DNA of 32,000 bases from an uncultured bacterium (GCA_963704705.1 OY969931.1:570001-602000); one strand, 5' to 3'; shown: positions 17,799-27,516, counted from the first letter of the stretch. The notes: generated from the sequence alone by a model not told the origin. Translations and numbers: made by a program.

Positions 17799-20126
17799 TT
17801 AAGGCAGGTCGTTAATAGCAGATTGTAGTTCGATCATTATTTTATTCAGATCAGTATAATGTTTGTTGAATTCTTTTTCGTATCCATTTTTTACTGCATA
17901 TTGATAATTTTGCTGGCTGAATATAATTAAAATGATATTTTTATAGGCATCTAAATCTTGCTGTAATAAATCTTTTGAAGCTCTATATTTTTTTATATCA
18001 ATTTTTAAAGCTTTTAATAATTTTTTTAGTTTTTTAACCTTTTCATTAAGACTCCTTAATGTAGTAACAACTTGTTCACGTTGATCTCTAAAAAGTAATT
18101 TTTTTACCCTATCACGTTCAGTAATGGCTCTTTCAGGTGCAACTGCTCCAGCAAATCCTTCTGCCGGAGGAGGAGTCGGAGGTTCATCACCGCCGCCCGG
18201 AGGAGCGGGAGGAGTAGGAGGAGGAGTCGGAGGTTCATCACCGCCACCCGGAGGGGTGGGAGTAGTAGGAGGAGGAGTCGGAGGTTCATCACCGCCACCC
18301 GGAGGGGTGGGAGGAGTAGGAGGAGGAGTCGGAGGTTCATCACCGCCGCCCGGAGGAGTAGGAGGAGGAGTCGGAGGTTCATCACCGCCACCCGGAGGGG
18401 TGGGAGGAGTAGGAGGAGGAGTCGGAGGTTCATCACCGCCCTTGTTTGCACCTAATACATATATTTCTGCATTTCCACCCTCAGAAGTTGTTTCACTTGT
18501 ATTCCCTTGTGAGGAACTTGTAATTTTTCCTGTTTCAGCAGTGCCGCCAGCACCGCCTTCAGTTGTGATAGCGCCGGTTTCAGCAGTACCGCCTTCGCCT
18601 CCTGCACCACCTTTAATATCACTAATATTTATACCTTCTGTTTTGCCACCTTCAGCAGTACCACCTGCACCACCTTTAACATCACTTATATTTACTCCTT
18701 CTGTTTTCCCACCTTCGCCCGTAGAAGTAATAGCGCCGGTCTCAGCAGTTCCGCCTTCACCACCTGCACCACCTTTAACATCACTTATATTTACTCCTTC
18801 TGTTTTCCCACCTTCGCCCGTAGAAGTAATAGCGCCTGTCTCAGCTGTACCACCTTCACCACCGGCACCACCTTGTCCACCTGCAGATGTATTTGAGATC
18901 TGACCCGTTTCAGCAGCGCCACCTTTAATATCGCTAATATTTACGCCTTCTGTTTTGCCACCCATACCACCTTTTATGTCACTAACACTAATCGTTGAAC
19001 CTTCACTTTTACCGCCCATCCCGCCTTTTACATCACTAACACTAATTGTTGAACCTTCACTTTTACCGCCCATACCGCCTTTTACATCGGTAACAGTAGC
19101 GCCTTCACTTTTACCACCCATACCGCCTTTTACATCACTTACTGTTGCACCTTCGGATCTTGAACTTACGGTTCCGGTTTCAGCTTTACCGCCGGCTCCG
19201 CCTTCTGAAGTAGATTTAACATCGCCTGTTTGAGCACTTGAATCTGCATTTATTGTACCTGTTTCAGCAGCACCACCTTTACCCCCTTCAGCTTTTACAT
19301 CACCGGTTTTTTGAGTTATATCACTAACTGATGCCCCACGGCTATCACCACCTTCTGCTTTAGCAGATCCACCATAAGCATTTACATTTACTGTTGTTGA
19401 TCCTTTTACTTGTCCCATTAAATTCATCAAATTTTCATCTACGATAACAGCTTTGCGGGGACTCCCACCTTCTTCTTTCTTATCTTTCTTTTTAGATTTT
19501 TCTACTTTTTTCTCAGGCTTTTTTTCTTTTTTTCCACCAATAATAGGAATATCTCCACTTTCTTCACCTTCTTCTTTTCCACCTCTTTTATCTGTGATTT
19601 TGATTGGTTTAGGTACTTCAACAGGTTTCTCCTCTTTTATTTCAGGCATATTAACAGCTCTGTTATCTGATGCACCTCCATATTTTCCTGATTCATAAGT
19701 ACCTTTAAAATTTTTACCAATATCTCTACCTTTTCCAGCTCTTTCAACTTTTATATTTTCTTCAGCTTGTCGTTCTCTATCAGGATTAAATTCAGGTTCT
19801 CCTGCAATTTGTTCTGTTCTTGCTTGTTCATCTCTTTTTTGAGGTTCTTCAGTTGGTTCTGCATATCTGATTTCATCAGTTCTTTCTCTATTTATTTCAT
19901 CAGTTCTAAATCTTCGTTTATCAGTTGTTTTATCAACTTTTTCTTTAACCTCCTTTTTTATTTCTTCAGCTTCAGGAAGCATAGCGGCTCTTTTCTCAGT
20001 TTTTTTAAAGCCTTTTTCTGCAGCAGCTTTTTCCTTTTCTTCCTCTTCTTTGGGATCAACTGCAAAATTTATGAATTTTGAATATTTCCAGGATAAATTT
20101 TGGAAATGTTTAAATAATTTTTTCAT
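17799..20126 (-). CDS. Low-complexity repeat protein, 775 aa (charged N-terminus, Gly-rich repeats, PPTPPPTPPGGGDE repeats, coiled-coil C-terminus)
   Basis: Translated ORF with many SDVKGGMGGKSEGSTI / GGKTEGVNISDVKGGAGGEGGTAETGAITS units and six GGDEPPTPPP units. Confidence 0.85.
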   Translation of the reverse strand: MKKLFKHFQNLSWKYSKFINFAVDPKEEEEKEKAAAEKGFKKTEKRAAMLPEAEEIKKEVKEKVDKTTDKRRFRTDEINRERTDEIRYAEPTEEPQKRDEQARTEQIAGEPEFNPDRERQAEENIKVERAGKGRDIGKNFKGTYESGKYGGASDNRAVNMPEIKEEKPVEVPKPIKITDKRGGKEEGEESGDIPIIGGKKEKKPEKKVEKSKKKDKKEEGGSPRKAVIVDENLMNLMGQVKGSTTVNVNAYGGSAKAEGGDSRGASVSDITQKTGDVKAEGGKGGAAETGTINADSSAQTGDVKSTSEGGAGGKAETGTVSSRSEGATVSDVKGGMGGKSEGATVTDVKGGMGGKSEGSTISVSDVKGGMGGKSEGSTISVSDIKGGMGGKTEGVNISDIKGGAAETGQISNTSAGGQGGAGGEGGTAETGAITSTGEGGKTEGVNISDVKGGAGGEGGTAETGAITSTGEGGKTEGVNISDVKGGAGGTAEGGKTEGINISDIKGGAGGEGGTAETGAITTEGGAGGTAETGKITSSSQGNTSETTSEGGNAEIYVLGANKGGDEPPTPPPTPPTPPGGGDEPPTPPPTPPGGGDEPPTPPPTPPTPPGGGDEPPTPPPTTPTPPGGGDEPPTPPPTPPAPPGGGDEPPTPPPAEGFAGAVAPERAITERDRVKKLLFRDQREQVVTTLRSLNEKVKKLKKLLKALKIDIKKYRASKDLLQQDLDAYKNIILIIFSQQNYQYAVKNGYEKEFNKHYTDLNKIMIELQSAINDLP
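18160..18440 (-). repeat. In-frame Pro/Gly-rich tandem repeat tract (GGDEPPTPPP-TPPTPPG)
   Basis: Six near-identical copies in the protein and directly visible in DNA as ggttcatcaccgccgcccggaggagtgggaggagtaggagga-like units. Confidence 0.9.
18500..19330 (-). repeat. In-frame Gly/Ser/Thr-rich repeat region
   Basis: Iterated EGVNISDVKGGAGG, EGSTISVSDVKGGMGGK and GTAETGAITSTGEGGK units. Confidence 0.85.
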
Positions 20127-20146
20127 TTTTATATGTGTTATTTATA

Positions 20147-21142
20147 TTAGGTAGTATGATATGGCACAGGAGTAACCTCTTTTCTTTCATTTAGGAGTCC
20201 TGGTACACTTTCGTGGCCAAGATATTTTTCAAATAAAAATATCCATCTTTTTGATTTATATTTGATAATTTTTTCTTTTATTTTCTGAAGTTTAAGTTCA
20301 CAATCATTTATCCTTTCTGTAATTTTACTTCTTTCTTCCGAATGTTCCGGTGCGGTTTTATTAAAATCATTTAATCTTTTTATCTCAGCCTGTTTTGATT
20401 GTAATAATGCGCTTACCCGTCCGCCCCATTTTTGCTCGATTTTTCTTCTTTCTATTTGAAGTAATCTTCTTATTTCTGTAACTGTGTCATTATAAAATTT
20501 ATTGTCTTTATTCATTTCTGTTAAAAGACCTGTTCTATCTTTTACCATTTCAGAAATATCGCGTCTGGTTCGGCTGATTTCGCCTCTAAGCCTTTGCTCT
20601 TCAGCTTGATCTTCTTCTCCATGATATTCCATTTCAAGTTCCTCCAATCTTGCCCTGAATGCTTCTATCTCGCGGTTGATGGAATCCAATTCGCTATACA
20701 TATCCAACAAGCGATTTAATCTGTCTTCAAATTTTTTGTATCTTTTTCTGTAATTTGTTCTTAAAGTTAGTGCAAGGACAATATCACTAAACAATATTGG
20801 TCTATTTCTTCTGTCATATAAACTTGGATCAATCTCTGCCTCTATTTCCGTATAAAAATTACGCTCTCCATCATCAATCGCACTATCTGCTTCTTCAGCT
20901 ATTTTAGCTTTAACAGCTTGATAAAACTCACCTGCGGTTTTGCCCTGCTTCGCTGCTCTATCCAAAAATGTTTTAAAAGTAGCAAAGAATTGTCGTTCTT
21001 CAGGATTTGTTAATGGGCCTCTATCAGGTTCAGAAAAATATCCAAGGATATCTTCCTGCCACCTTGCCATTGCTGCAGCATCGGTGACTTTTTCGTCCCA
21101 CTCAATTTGGAATAGCTCTTTGTCTTCTGAATTTTCAGCCAT
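20147..21142 (-). CDS. Coiled-coil protein, 331 aa, unknown function
   Basis: Long heptad-like region (LNRLLDMYSELDSINREIEAFRARLEELEMEY...); soluble; compact operon context. Confidence 0.78.
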   Translation of the reverse strand: MAENSEDKELFQIEWDEKVTDAAAMARWQEDILGYFSEPDRGPLTNPEERQFFATFKTFLDRAAKQGKTAGEFYQAVKAKIAEEADSAIDDGERNFYTEIEAEIDPSLYDRRNRPILFSDIVLALTLRTNYRKRYKKFEDRLNRLLDMYSELDSINREIEAFRARLEELEMEYHGEEDQAEEQRLRGEISRTRRDISEMVKDRTGLLTEMNKDNKFYNDTVTEIRRLLQIERRKIEQKWGGRVSALLQSKQAEIKRLNDFNKTAPEHSEERSKITERINDCELKLQKIKEKIIKYKSKRWIFLFEKYLGHESVPGLLNERKEVTPVPYHTT

Positions 21143-21144
21143 AA

Positions 21145-21516
21145 TTATTTGTTATTTTGTTTTTGTTTTTTCTTTTCAAGAACCTCATCAAGTCTTTCCG
21201 CGTCATAAGTAAGTTCATCAACAAGGTCATTTATATTTTTCAACATAACTTCATTAAGTGCGGGAATTTCATCAACAATTGCATAAATGATCTCGTAATC
21301 ACTCATGTCAGGATTCGCAGTTCTGATCATTTCAAAAGTTTTGATATCATCGTCAGTCATAGCATGCATGATTGATAAAAGAATCCTGTTACCTAATGTT
21401 CTTAGAAGTTCTTTTTCAATTTTAGCTTTTATATCAGGCTCGGAGTCGTTTAGTTTAAGCTTTTCCATGACATGATCTATAAAAGCCTGATAAGTGAAGT
21501 TTTCTGATGTAAACAT
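21145..21516 (-). CDS. Hypothetical protein, 123 aa
   Basis: Complete acidic helical ORF; 2-bp gap to the downstream gene. Confidence 0.7.
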   Translation of the reverse strand: MFTSENFTYQAFIDHVMEKLKLNDSEPDIKAKIEKELLRTLGNRILLSIMHAMTDDDIKTFEMIRTANPDMSDYEIIYAIVDEIPALNEVMLKNINDLVDELTYDAERLDEVLEKKKQKQNNK

Positions 21517-21539
21517 ATTTATTTTTGTTAATTTTTATT

Positions 21540-24323
21540 TTAAGCGGCGCGTTTGGCATAAGATTTTTCGATACTACTCTGAACCTTAGTATCTATTTCT
21601 CTGGCCGGCCATGTTAGAATGCTTCTTGCCAGACCCCAAACCGAACCAACAACATTACCCGGTAGTTTTGCAAATGCTTTCCAATCCATTTTTTCAGCTT
21701 CTTTTGCCTTATCGTATGTTTCACCTTTAAATAATTTCATGTAAGTTTTAAATGCCTTATATCCTCCGTAACCAACACCTGCCATTGCCCAGAATGGCCA
21801 TGTATGTGGTCCATATTTCAAAAAGCCTTTACCACCTGTTTTGGCTGCTCTTAACATACGAATTGATAAAGATCTGCGTCTTGCGTTTGCTCCAAGTCTT
21901 TCCAGTTCTTCTCTTTTTTCAAGTTTGGATAAATTACCTGGTAGTTGATCAACAGCTTCATTAAATGTTTTATTTTGTTCAGAAAATAACAACTGTCTTT
22001 TGTACAATGCATGATGAGCTTGCACGCCATTTTTAATTGCATTATCCATCTGAACACTTGATTCAGTGTCAGTTTCGAGTTTTTTCAACACGAGTTTTGC
22101 TCTGTCTGTATCAGGATTAATTGTTTCATCATCCTCAACTTCTTTTAAGAAATTTTCAGTTTGAATTTGGGATTCCAAAAGAGACAGTATGTGAATCATA
22201 TTTTCAATCATAGGTGCTTCTTCGGCCCTAACAGTATAAGTTTTGCCCGGAACAATACGTTTTCCCATCGGAGCAATAAGATTTTCAAGTTTTGTTAAAT
22301 CAATTGTTTTTCTACCTACTTTTCGTAATTTGTTAATTAATCCTTTATCTGTTGGAACTTCTATTCCCTTAATAAATTCAGCAAGTTTCATCTGCATTTC
22401 TCTTAGTTTTTGCGGTGAAACCTTGCCCATTCTTTGCATTGCTTTAATAAAATCAGATCTGGTTGAAAAAACAGTAATATCATGGAACAAAGCCAAATCC
22501 GGATCCGTATCAACAACATGCTCCAATACATCTTTTGCAGATAAAATCGGCAACCAGTCACTCGGTAAAATTGTGCCGGCTATATTTCGCATTCTTTGAA
22601 CAAGAGGGCTTGATTGATCCACAATTCTTTTATTTGTAGCTCCATAAATTTCCAAATGTCTCGTTTTTGTAATAATCATATTTGTCGCATATAAAGCCTT
22701 TTGAGGTAATCCGGTTTCTTCTGTTACACCTTTAAGCTTTAAATCACGTTCAATAAGTTTGTATAAAAGACCCCGCGAATCCATTTTCTCGGTCTTGCCC
22801 TGAGACTGTTGTGCTGCTTTTAATTCATTGTCTACATCTGCTTTTGTTGATTGAGCCATTTTTCGAAGTTCATCTAATGCGTTTTGTACGTTGAAATCTG
22901 AGTAATAATTATTAAATTCATCTAAAAATAAATTTATTTCAGTTGGTTGAGAAGGTTTATTTGTTAACATTGGATTAGTTAGTATATTTAACCCTCCAGT
23001 CCCTGTTACTGCTAAAATATTAGCTATTTGTGCATTATACGGAGTTGTACCTTGATATTTTCTTATAAATTCTTTTAAATTCCACACATTATTAATAATT
23101 TCCCTTTGTATTTCTCCTGCTTTTTGTTGAGCTTTTTGTATATCAACATTATATTTTTCAATTCTTGCCGAAATTTCAGGTGTTGGCGGTCTTCCCGAAA
23201 TAGCAGTTAATGCTGCAGTAATACGTGTTATAGTTTCATTTTCGGATATAAGCTCATTGTATTTAGTGCCGAATGAAGTAAGTACATCACTAATTGCAGT
23301 AAGATTATTTTTCCATTCTGCTTCCCTTTCTTTTAATTGATCTAATCTGTTTCCTCGCCCTGATATACTCCTTACAAATTCTCTTAAAGCAGGGCCTTCT
23401 TCTGCGTCATCAATTCCAGCTTCCAAATACGCAAGCATCGCTTTCGCTTCAAGAGAAGTATGAACATTTTCAAGTTGTTTTGGAGTTAGTATATCCTGGA
23501 GCATTTGTTCCATTGTATTGTTACGCACTCTTTCCTTTGCTTGTTTTTGTTGTTCAAGTAATTGTTGATACATGTTTGGATTTCCAGTACTTAAAGCCTC
23601 AATACTACCAAAACCCAAAGGAATAATATTTGCATTTACCCAATTTGTGAAAGCCTCATCCCGCAATGCCAAAGTCATCGCCTCATTATCAAGCCATGTT
23701 TTTAATCTTTGGGGATTGAATCTGTCGGCACTTACTTTTGCTTCTTCTTCATGAATTACACGTTTTAATTCTGAATGTCTGAATTTTAGATGTATTAATT
23801 CGCGTGCTCCTGCTTGTCTTGAGAAATTAGCCCAAACATTAGCTCTTTCAAGTTTTTTCTTGATTGTAATAAAATCATCAGTATTCCATCTAACCACTAC
23901 GGTTTCGTGGGTTGGAACACCATTTGGTCCAACCGCAACATCAAATTCATTAACTGGATTTGCAGCACCCATATTAATTGCATTTCCTCTTGAATCAACA
24001 AATGCACCGCCACCAATTGCACCGATTGCTTGTATTTGCCAATTAAGATCTCTGAGCATCCCTAGGTAATTTCTACCGCGTACGTGTTCATAGGTAAAAA
24101 AATCACGCGCTACCTCGCGCTCAGCCCATTCCCGTCTGAATAAACCAAATCCCAAATAATTCGCTATTCGATATCTCCATGTTTGCGGACCGCCGCCTCT
24201 TCTTCTTACTTCTTCATCAACTATGTGTTTGTAGTATTGAGGCGCATAATGCCTAATGTAATCCAGTCTGCTGCGAACTCTTCTATCAATAATTTCTGTT
24301 CTATTCAAAGGCCCGTTCATCAT
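21540..24323 (-). CDS. Large uncharacterised protein, at least 927 aa, helical, with hydrophobic segments near the C-terminus; probably starts further upstream
   Basis: Complete ORF; C-terminal segments GPHTWPFWAMAGVGYGGYKAF and GNVVGSVWGLARSILTWP. The open frame continues 88 codons upstream to 24587 with protein-like composition. Confidence 0.82.
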   Translation of the reverse strand: MMNGPLNRTEIIDRRVRSRLDYIRHYAPQYYKHIVDEEVRRRGGGPQTWRYRIANYLGFGLFRREWAEREVARDFFTYEHVRGRNYLGMLRDLNWQIQAIGAIGGGAFVDSRGNAINMGAANPVNEFDVAVGPNGVPTHETVVVRWNTDDFITIKKKLERANVWANFSRQAGARELIHLKFRHSELKRVIHEEEAKVSADRFNPQRLKTWLDNEAMTLALRDEAFTNWVNANIIPLGFGSIEALSTGNPNMYQQLLEQQKQAKERVRNNTMEQMLQDILTPKQLENVHTSLEAKAMLAYLEAGIDDAEEGPALREFVRSISGRGNRLDQLKEREAEWKNNLTAISDVLTSFGTKYNELISENETITRITAALTAISGRPPTPEISARIEKYNVDIQKAQQKAGEIQREIINNVWNLKEFIRKYQGTTPYNAQIANILAVTGTGGLNILTNPMLTNKPSQPTEINLFLDEFNNYYSDFNVQNALDELRKMAQSTKADVDNELKAAQQSQGKTEKMDSRGLLYKLIERDLKLKGVTEETGLPQKALYATNMIITKTRHLEIYGATNKRIVDQSSPLVQRMRNIAGTILPSDWLPILSAKDVLEHVVDTDPDLALFHDITVFSTRSDFIKAMQRMGKVSPQKLREMQMKLAEFIKGIEVPTDKGLINKLRKVGRKTIDLTKLENLIAPMGKRIVPGKTYTVRAEEAPMIENMIHILSLLESQIQTENFLKEVEDDETINPDTDRAKLVLKKLETDTESSVQMDNAIKNGVQAHHALYKRQLLFSEQNKTFNEAVDQLPGNLSKLEKREELERLGANARRRSLSIRMLRAAKTGGKGFLKYGPHTWPFWAMAGVGYGGYKAFKTYMKLFKGETYDKAKEAEKMDWKAFAKLPGNVVGSVWGLARSILTWPAREIDTKVQSSIEKSYAKRAA

Positions 24324-24665
24324 CTGATTTCTAACGCCGTAAATAACTTCTTCCGGATTATTGCCCGCGTAAGGTATTTGATCCGGATTGTATCTTTGAT
24401 CAAATCTGTTAATTATACTTTCAGCCTCAAGCTGGCCTGTTTCTGTTGGAGTAGGCTGTACCCAATCATCTTCAGGCTCAGTAGTTATATAAACAAATTT
24501 TGACTCAAAAAGATTTGAATCAAAAAATTTGTTAAATTTGTTTTGTTTTAAATATTTTTTATTTATTTTTGTTTTTCTTAAATTTATCCTTATATTTTAC
24601 CAAAATTTGCGTAAAATTACAAGTTAAGGTAGCATAATGCGCGTTAGTTTTTTAATCTTATATTC

Positions 24666-25910
24666 ATGGATGTTAATGTAAAAAAATTACCAAAGGCAGA
24701 AGTTGAGTTAGTTGTTGAGCTAAATCAAGCGGAATTTCAAAAAGATATTGATGATGCTGCCAAAGAATTATCAAAAGAAGTTAAAATTTCAGGTTTTAGA
24801 CCGGGAAATGTTCCATTCGATGTGCTTTCTCAGCATGTAGGCAAAGAAATGATTATCAATCATGCGCTTGATCACGCTATTCCGAGAATTCTTACTGAAG
24901 TTATAAAAAATGAAAAACTTGAGATTATTGCAAGGCCAAAAGTTGAAGTTTTAAGTACTGATCCTGTTAAAATTAAAGCAATAGCTCCAGTTTATCCTGA
25001 GGTTAATATTGATGGTTACGATAAAGTTAAGATTAAAGCAAAAGAAGTAAAATTGGGCGATAAAGAAGTTAATGAGGCAATTGAAAGAGTAAAAAAGCAA
25101 TTTGTTGAATGGAAGGAAGTTTTAAGAGCAATTGAAAAAGGGGATAAAGTGGAAATTGATTTTGAAGGTTTTGATGAAGGCGGAGCACCACTTGAAGGAA
25201 CCGAAAGTAAAAATCACCCTTTGATCATTGGTGAAAAAATGATGGTTGCTGGTTTTGAAGATAATTTAATCGGCATGAAAACAGGTGAAGAAAAAGATTT
25301 TGAGCTGACTTTTCCAAAGGATTATCACAAAAAGAGTTTTCAGAATAAGAAAGTTAAGTTTCATGTAAAAGTTAATAAAGTTGAAAAAGCCGAGTATCCT
25401 GAATTAAATGAAGAATTTATTGAAAAAATTACAGGAACTAAAAAACCAGTTGATGAATTCAAAAAAGACGTTGAAAGAGATTTAAAAGAATACAAAGAGC
25501 AGGAAGCAAGAAAGGATCAGGAAGAAGAACTTCTGAAAAAGTTTCTCGAAGTTTCTAAAGTTGAATTTTCAGATATTCTAGTGGATGAAGAAGTTGATTA
25601 TATGCTTAGAGACATGCGGCAAAGTATGCAGCAAAGGGGAGTGAAGTTTGAAGATTATTTAACTCACATGAAAAAAACTGAAGATGATTTAAGAGCAGAA
25701 ATGAAGAAAGAAGCAGAAAAAAGAATTACATTAAGATTTGCTCTGCACGAAATTATGAATAAGGAAAAAATCGAAGTACCTGAAGAAAAGATAAAAGAGC
25801 AAATGGAGAAAATTCCTAATCTGCCAAAAGAGCATGAATCTCAGGCTAGAGGCCAAATTACGAATTCTCTCAAAATAGAACAGTTATTTGACAGATTTAT
25901 TGTCAAATAA
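24666..25910 (+). CDS. tig: Trigger factor (ribosome-associated chaperone/PPIase)
   Basis: MDVNVKKLPKAEVELVVELNQAEFQKDIDDAAKELSKEVKISGFRPGNVPFDVLSQHVG...; FKBP-like domain GDKVEIDFEGFDEG.....LIIGEKMMVAGFEDNLIGMKTGEEKDFELTFPKDYHKKSFQNKKVKFHVKVN. Confidence 0.95.
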   Translation: MDVNVKKLPKAEVELVVELNQAEFQKDIDDAAKELSKEVKISGFRPGNVPFDVLSQHVGKEMIINHALDHAIPRILTEVIKNEKLEIIARPKVEVLSTDPVKIKAIAPVYPEVNIDGYDKVKIKAKEVKLGDKEVNEAIERVKKQFVEWKEVLRAIEKGDKVEIDFEGFDEGGAPLEGTESKNHPLIIGEKMMVAGFEDNLIGMKTGEEKDFELTFPKDYHKKSFQNKKVKFHVKVNKVEKAEYPELNEEFIEKITGTKKPVDEFKKDVERDLKEYKEQEARKDQEEELLKKFLEVSKVEFSDILVDEEVDYMLRDMRQSMQQRGVKFEDYLTHMKKTEDDLRAEMKKEAEKRITLRFALHEIMNKEKIEVPEEKIKEQMEKIPNLPKEHESQARGQITNSLKIEQLFDRFIVK

Positions 25911-25940
25911 TATAATCATTAAAGAACTTTATCAAAAATC

Positions 25941-26189
25941 ATGAGAAATTTACGCACATTCTTTTTATCAGGTTCAATAGTACTTTTAATAATAGTACTC
26001 ATTGTTGCCTTTCAGAATATTCAGGCACAGTGTAATTTTATTACAATCTTTTTCTTTTCGATTGAAGCTAATACATCTCCCACTATAATGATTCTGGTTG
26101 TATCTTTGATTGGAATAATCACAGGAGGATTCTTAATGGGATTGATTATGAGCTTCCTTGTTAAAGATGAAGAAGAAGACTCATTTTAG
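25941..26189 (+). CDS. LapA/DUF1049-like two-TM small membrane protein, 82 aa
   Basis: VLLIIVLIVAFQNIQAQCNFITIFF...TIMILVVSLIGIITGGFLMGLI pattern. Confidence 0.6.
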   Translation: MRNLRTFFLSGSIVLLIIVLIVAFQNIQAQCNFITIFFFSIEANTSPTIMILVVSLIGIITGGFLMGLIMSFLVKDEEEDSF

Positions 26190-26288
26190 ATTTCTGAATA
26201 CAAATTTTATTCATGCATATTTATTTGTTGTATATTCTTATTTATACAACATTTTTTAAATATGCCAACTGTAAATTGATAAAAAAAC

Positions 26289-26328
26289 TTGTACATAAAA
26301 TACAGTAGTGTATAAATAATGTGTACAA
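26289..26328 (+). promoter_or_regulatory. Promoter with candidate operator: inverted repeat TTGTACA ... TGTACAA
   Basis: TTGTACA (26289-26295) and TGTACAA (26322-26328), 33 bp apart centre to centre. TTGTAC at -35 and TATAAA (26311-26316) at -10 with a 16-bp spacer. Confidence 0.5.
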
Positions 26329-26361
26329 ATTTTCTAGGCTTTTTATTAAATTTAGGGCAAA

Positions 26362-26922
26362 ATGTTAAAACATTTATTTACTTCGAACACTCGAATTAAA
26401 TTACTTACGCTATTCTTACTTAACCCCGAGGAAGAGTACTTCATCAGGGAATTAACGCGTAAGCTCAACGAGCAAATTAATTCGGTAAGACGCGAGTTGG
26501 ATAACTTAAAAAAACTCGGGCTTTTAAAAAGCAAAGTTAAAAATAGAAAAAAGTATTATATAGTGAATAAAAATTTTGTAGCTTTTCATGATTTAAGAAA
26601 TATCATTATAAAAGCAATGAGCGGCAAGGATGATCTTGTTAAAAAAATTACAAAATTAGGTGAGGTTGAATTTTTGGCACTTCTTGGAATCTTTGTTGAT
26701 AAAGCTTCTCCTGTAGATTTATTAATTGTAGGAAATATTGATAAACAAAAAGTTCAGGATTTATTAAACAGCGAAATCGAAACCGAAAAACCTATAAGAT
26801 TTAGTATTTTAAGCCGTGATGATTTCCTTTATAGAATAAAGTGTAAAGATCAATTCATTCAGGGTATTTTGTATGATCCGGATAATATTATTGCCGTGAA
26901 TAAATTAGAGAAGAATATGTAA
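26362..26922 (+). CDS. Winged-helix (ArsR-like) transcriptional regulator, 186 aa
   Basis: NTRIKLLTLFLLNPEEEYFIRELTRKLNEQINSVRRELDNLKKLGLLKSKVKNRKKYYIVN is a canonical wHTH; the C-terminal half resembles an inactive nucleotidyltransferase-like domain. Confidence 0.8.
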   Translation: MLKHLFTSNTRIKLLTLFLLNPEEEYFIRELTRKLNEQINSVRRELDNLKKLGLLKSKVKNRKKYYIVNKNFVAFHDLRNIIIKAMSGKDDLVKKITKLGEVEFLALLGIFVDKASPVDLLIVGNIDKQKVQDLLNSEIETEKPIRFSILSRDDFLYRIKCKDQFIQGILYDPDNIIAVNKLEKNM

Positions 26923-26988
26923 AGAATTCTCTTGATTTATAGCATATGTCAAAGTATAATCCATGCGCTATCTTAATAAATTTTAGAC

Positions 26989-27516
26989 ATGAATATGCAA
27001 ATAATTCAATCAGTTCAGAAGAAATTTCAAAAACAGGTTCCTATATTTAAAGCAGGAGCTACAGTTCGTGTTCACCAGAAAATCAAAGAAGGTGGAAAAG
27101 AACGTGTTCAGATTTTTGAAGGTCTTGTAATTGCTGTTAATTCAGGAAGCGGACCTGATAAAACCTTCACTGTTCGTAAAATGGTTGGGAACTTTGGTGT
27201 TGAAAAGATATTCCCGCTTTATTCTAAAAACATTACTAAAATCCAGGTTACAAAATCATCTAATGTAAGACGTTCAAAATTATATTACATGAGAAAACGT
27301 TCAGGTAAATCTGCGAGATTAAAAGAAACTCAATTAACAGAAAAAGATGTATTGATGGAACAGGTCGAAGCGCCAGCAGAGACCTCTGGCAACAACGAAG
27401 CGAGTGAAGCAGCAAGTGAAGCTGTAGCTGAAGAAACTGCAGTTGAAGAGGCTGCACCGGAAGCAGTAGAAGAAGTAGCCGAAGCTGAAGAGCCAAAAGA
27501 GAAATCTGCCGAATAA
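26989..27516 (+). CDS. rplS: Ribosomal protein bL19 with an acidic Ala/Glu-rich C-terminal extension
   Basis: [68 protein letters not shown]...[21 protein letters not shown]. Confidence 0.95.
   Translation: MNMQIIQSVQKKFQKQVPIFKAGATVRVHQKIKEGGKERVQIFEGLVIAVNSGSGPDKTFTVRKMVGNFGVEKIFPLYSKNITKIQVTKSSNVRRSKLYYMRKRSGKSARLKETQLTEKDVLMEQVEAPAETSGNNEASEAASEAVAEETAVEEAAPEAVEEVAEAEEPKEKSAE

Noticed and set aside
18104-19233. Additional ORFs (18104..18451 -, 18124..18903 +, 18955..19233 +)
   Set aside because: They are shadow frames of the repetitive DNA of the 775-aa gene; low-complexity DNA rarely contains stops in any frame.
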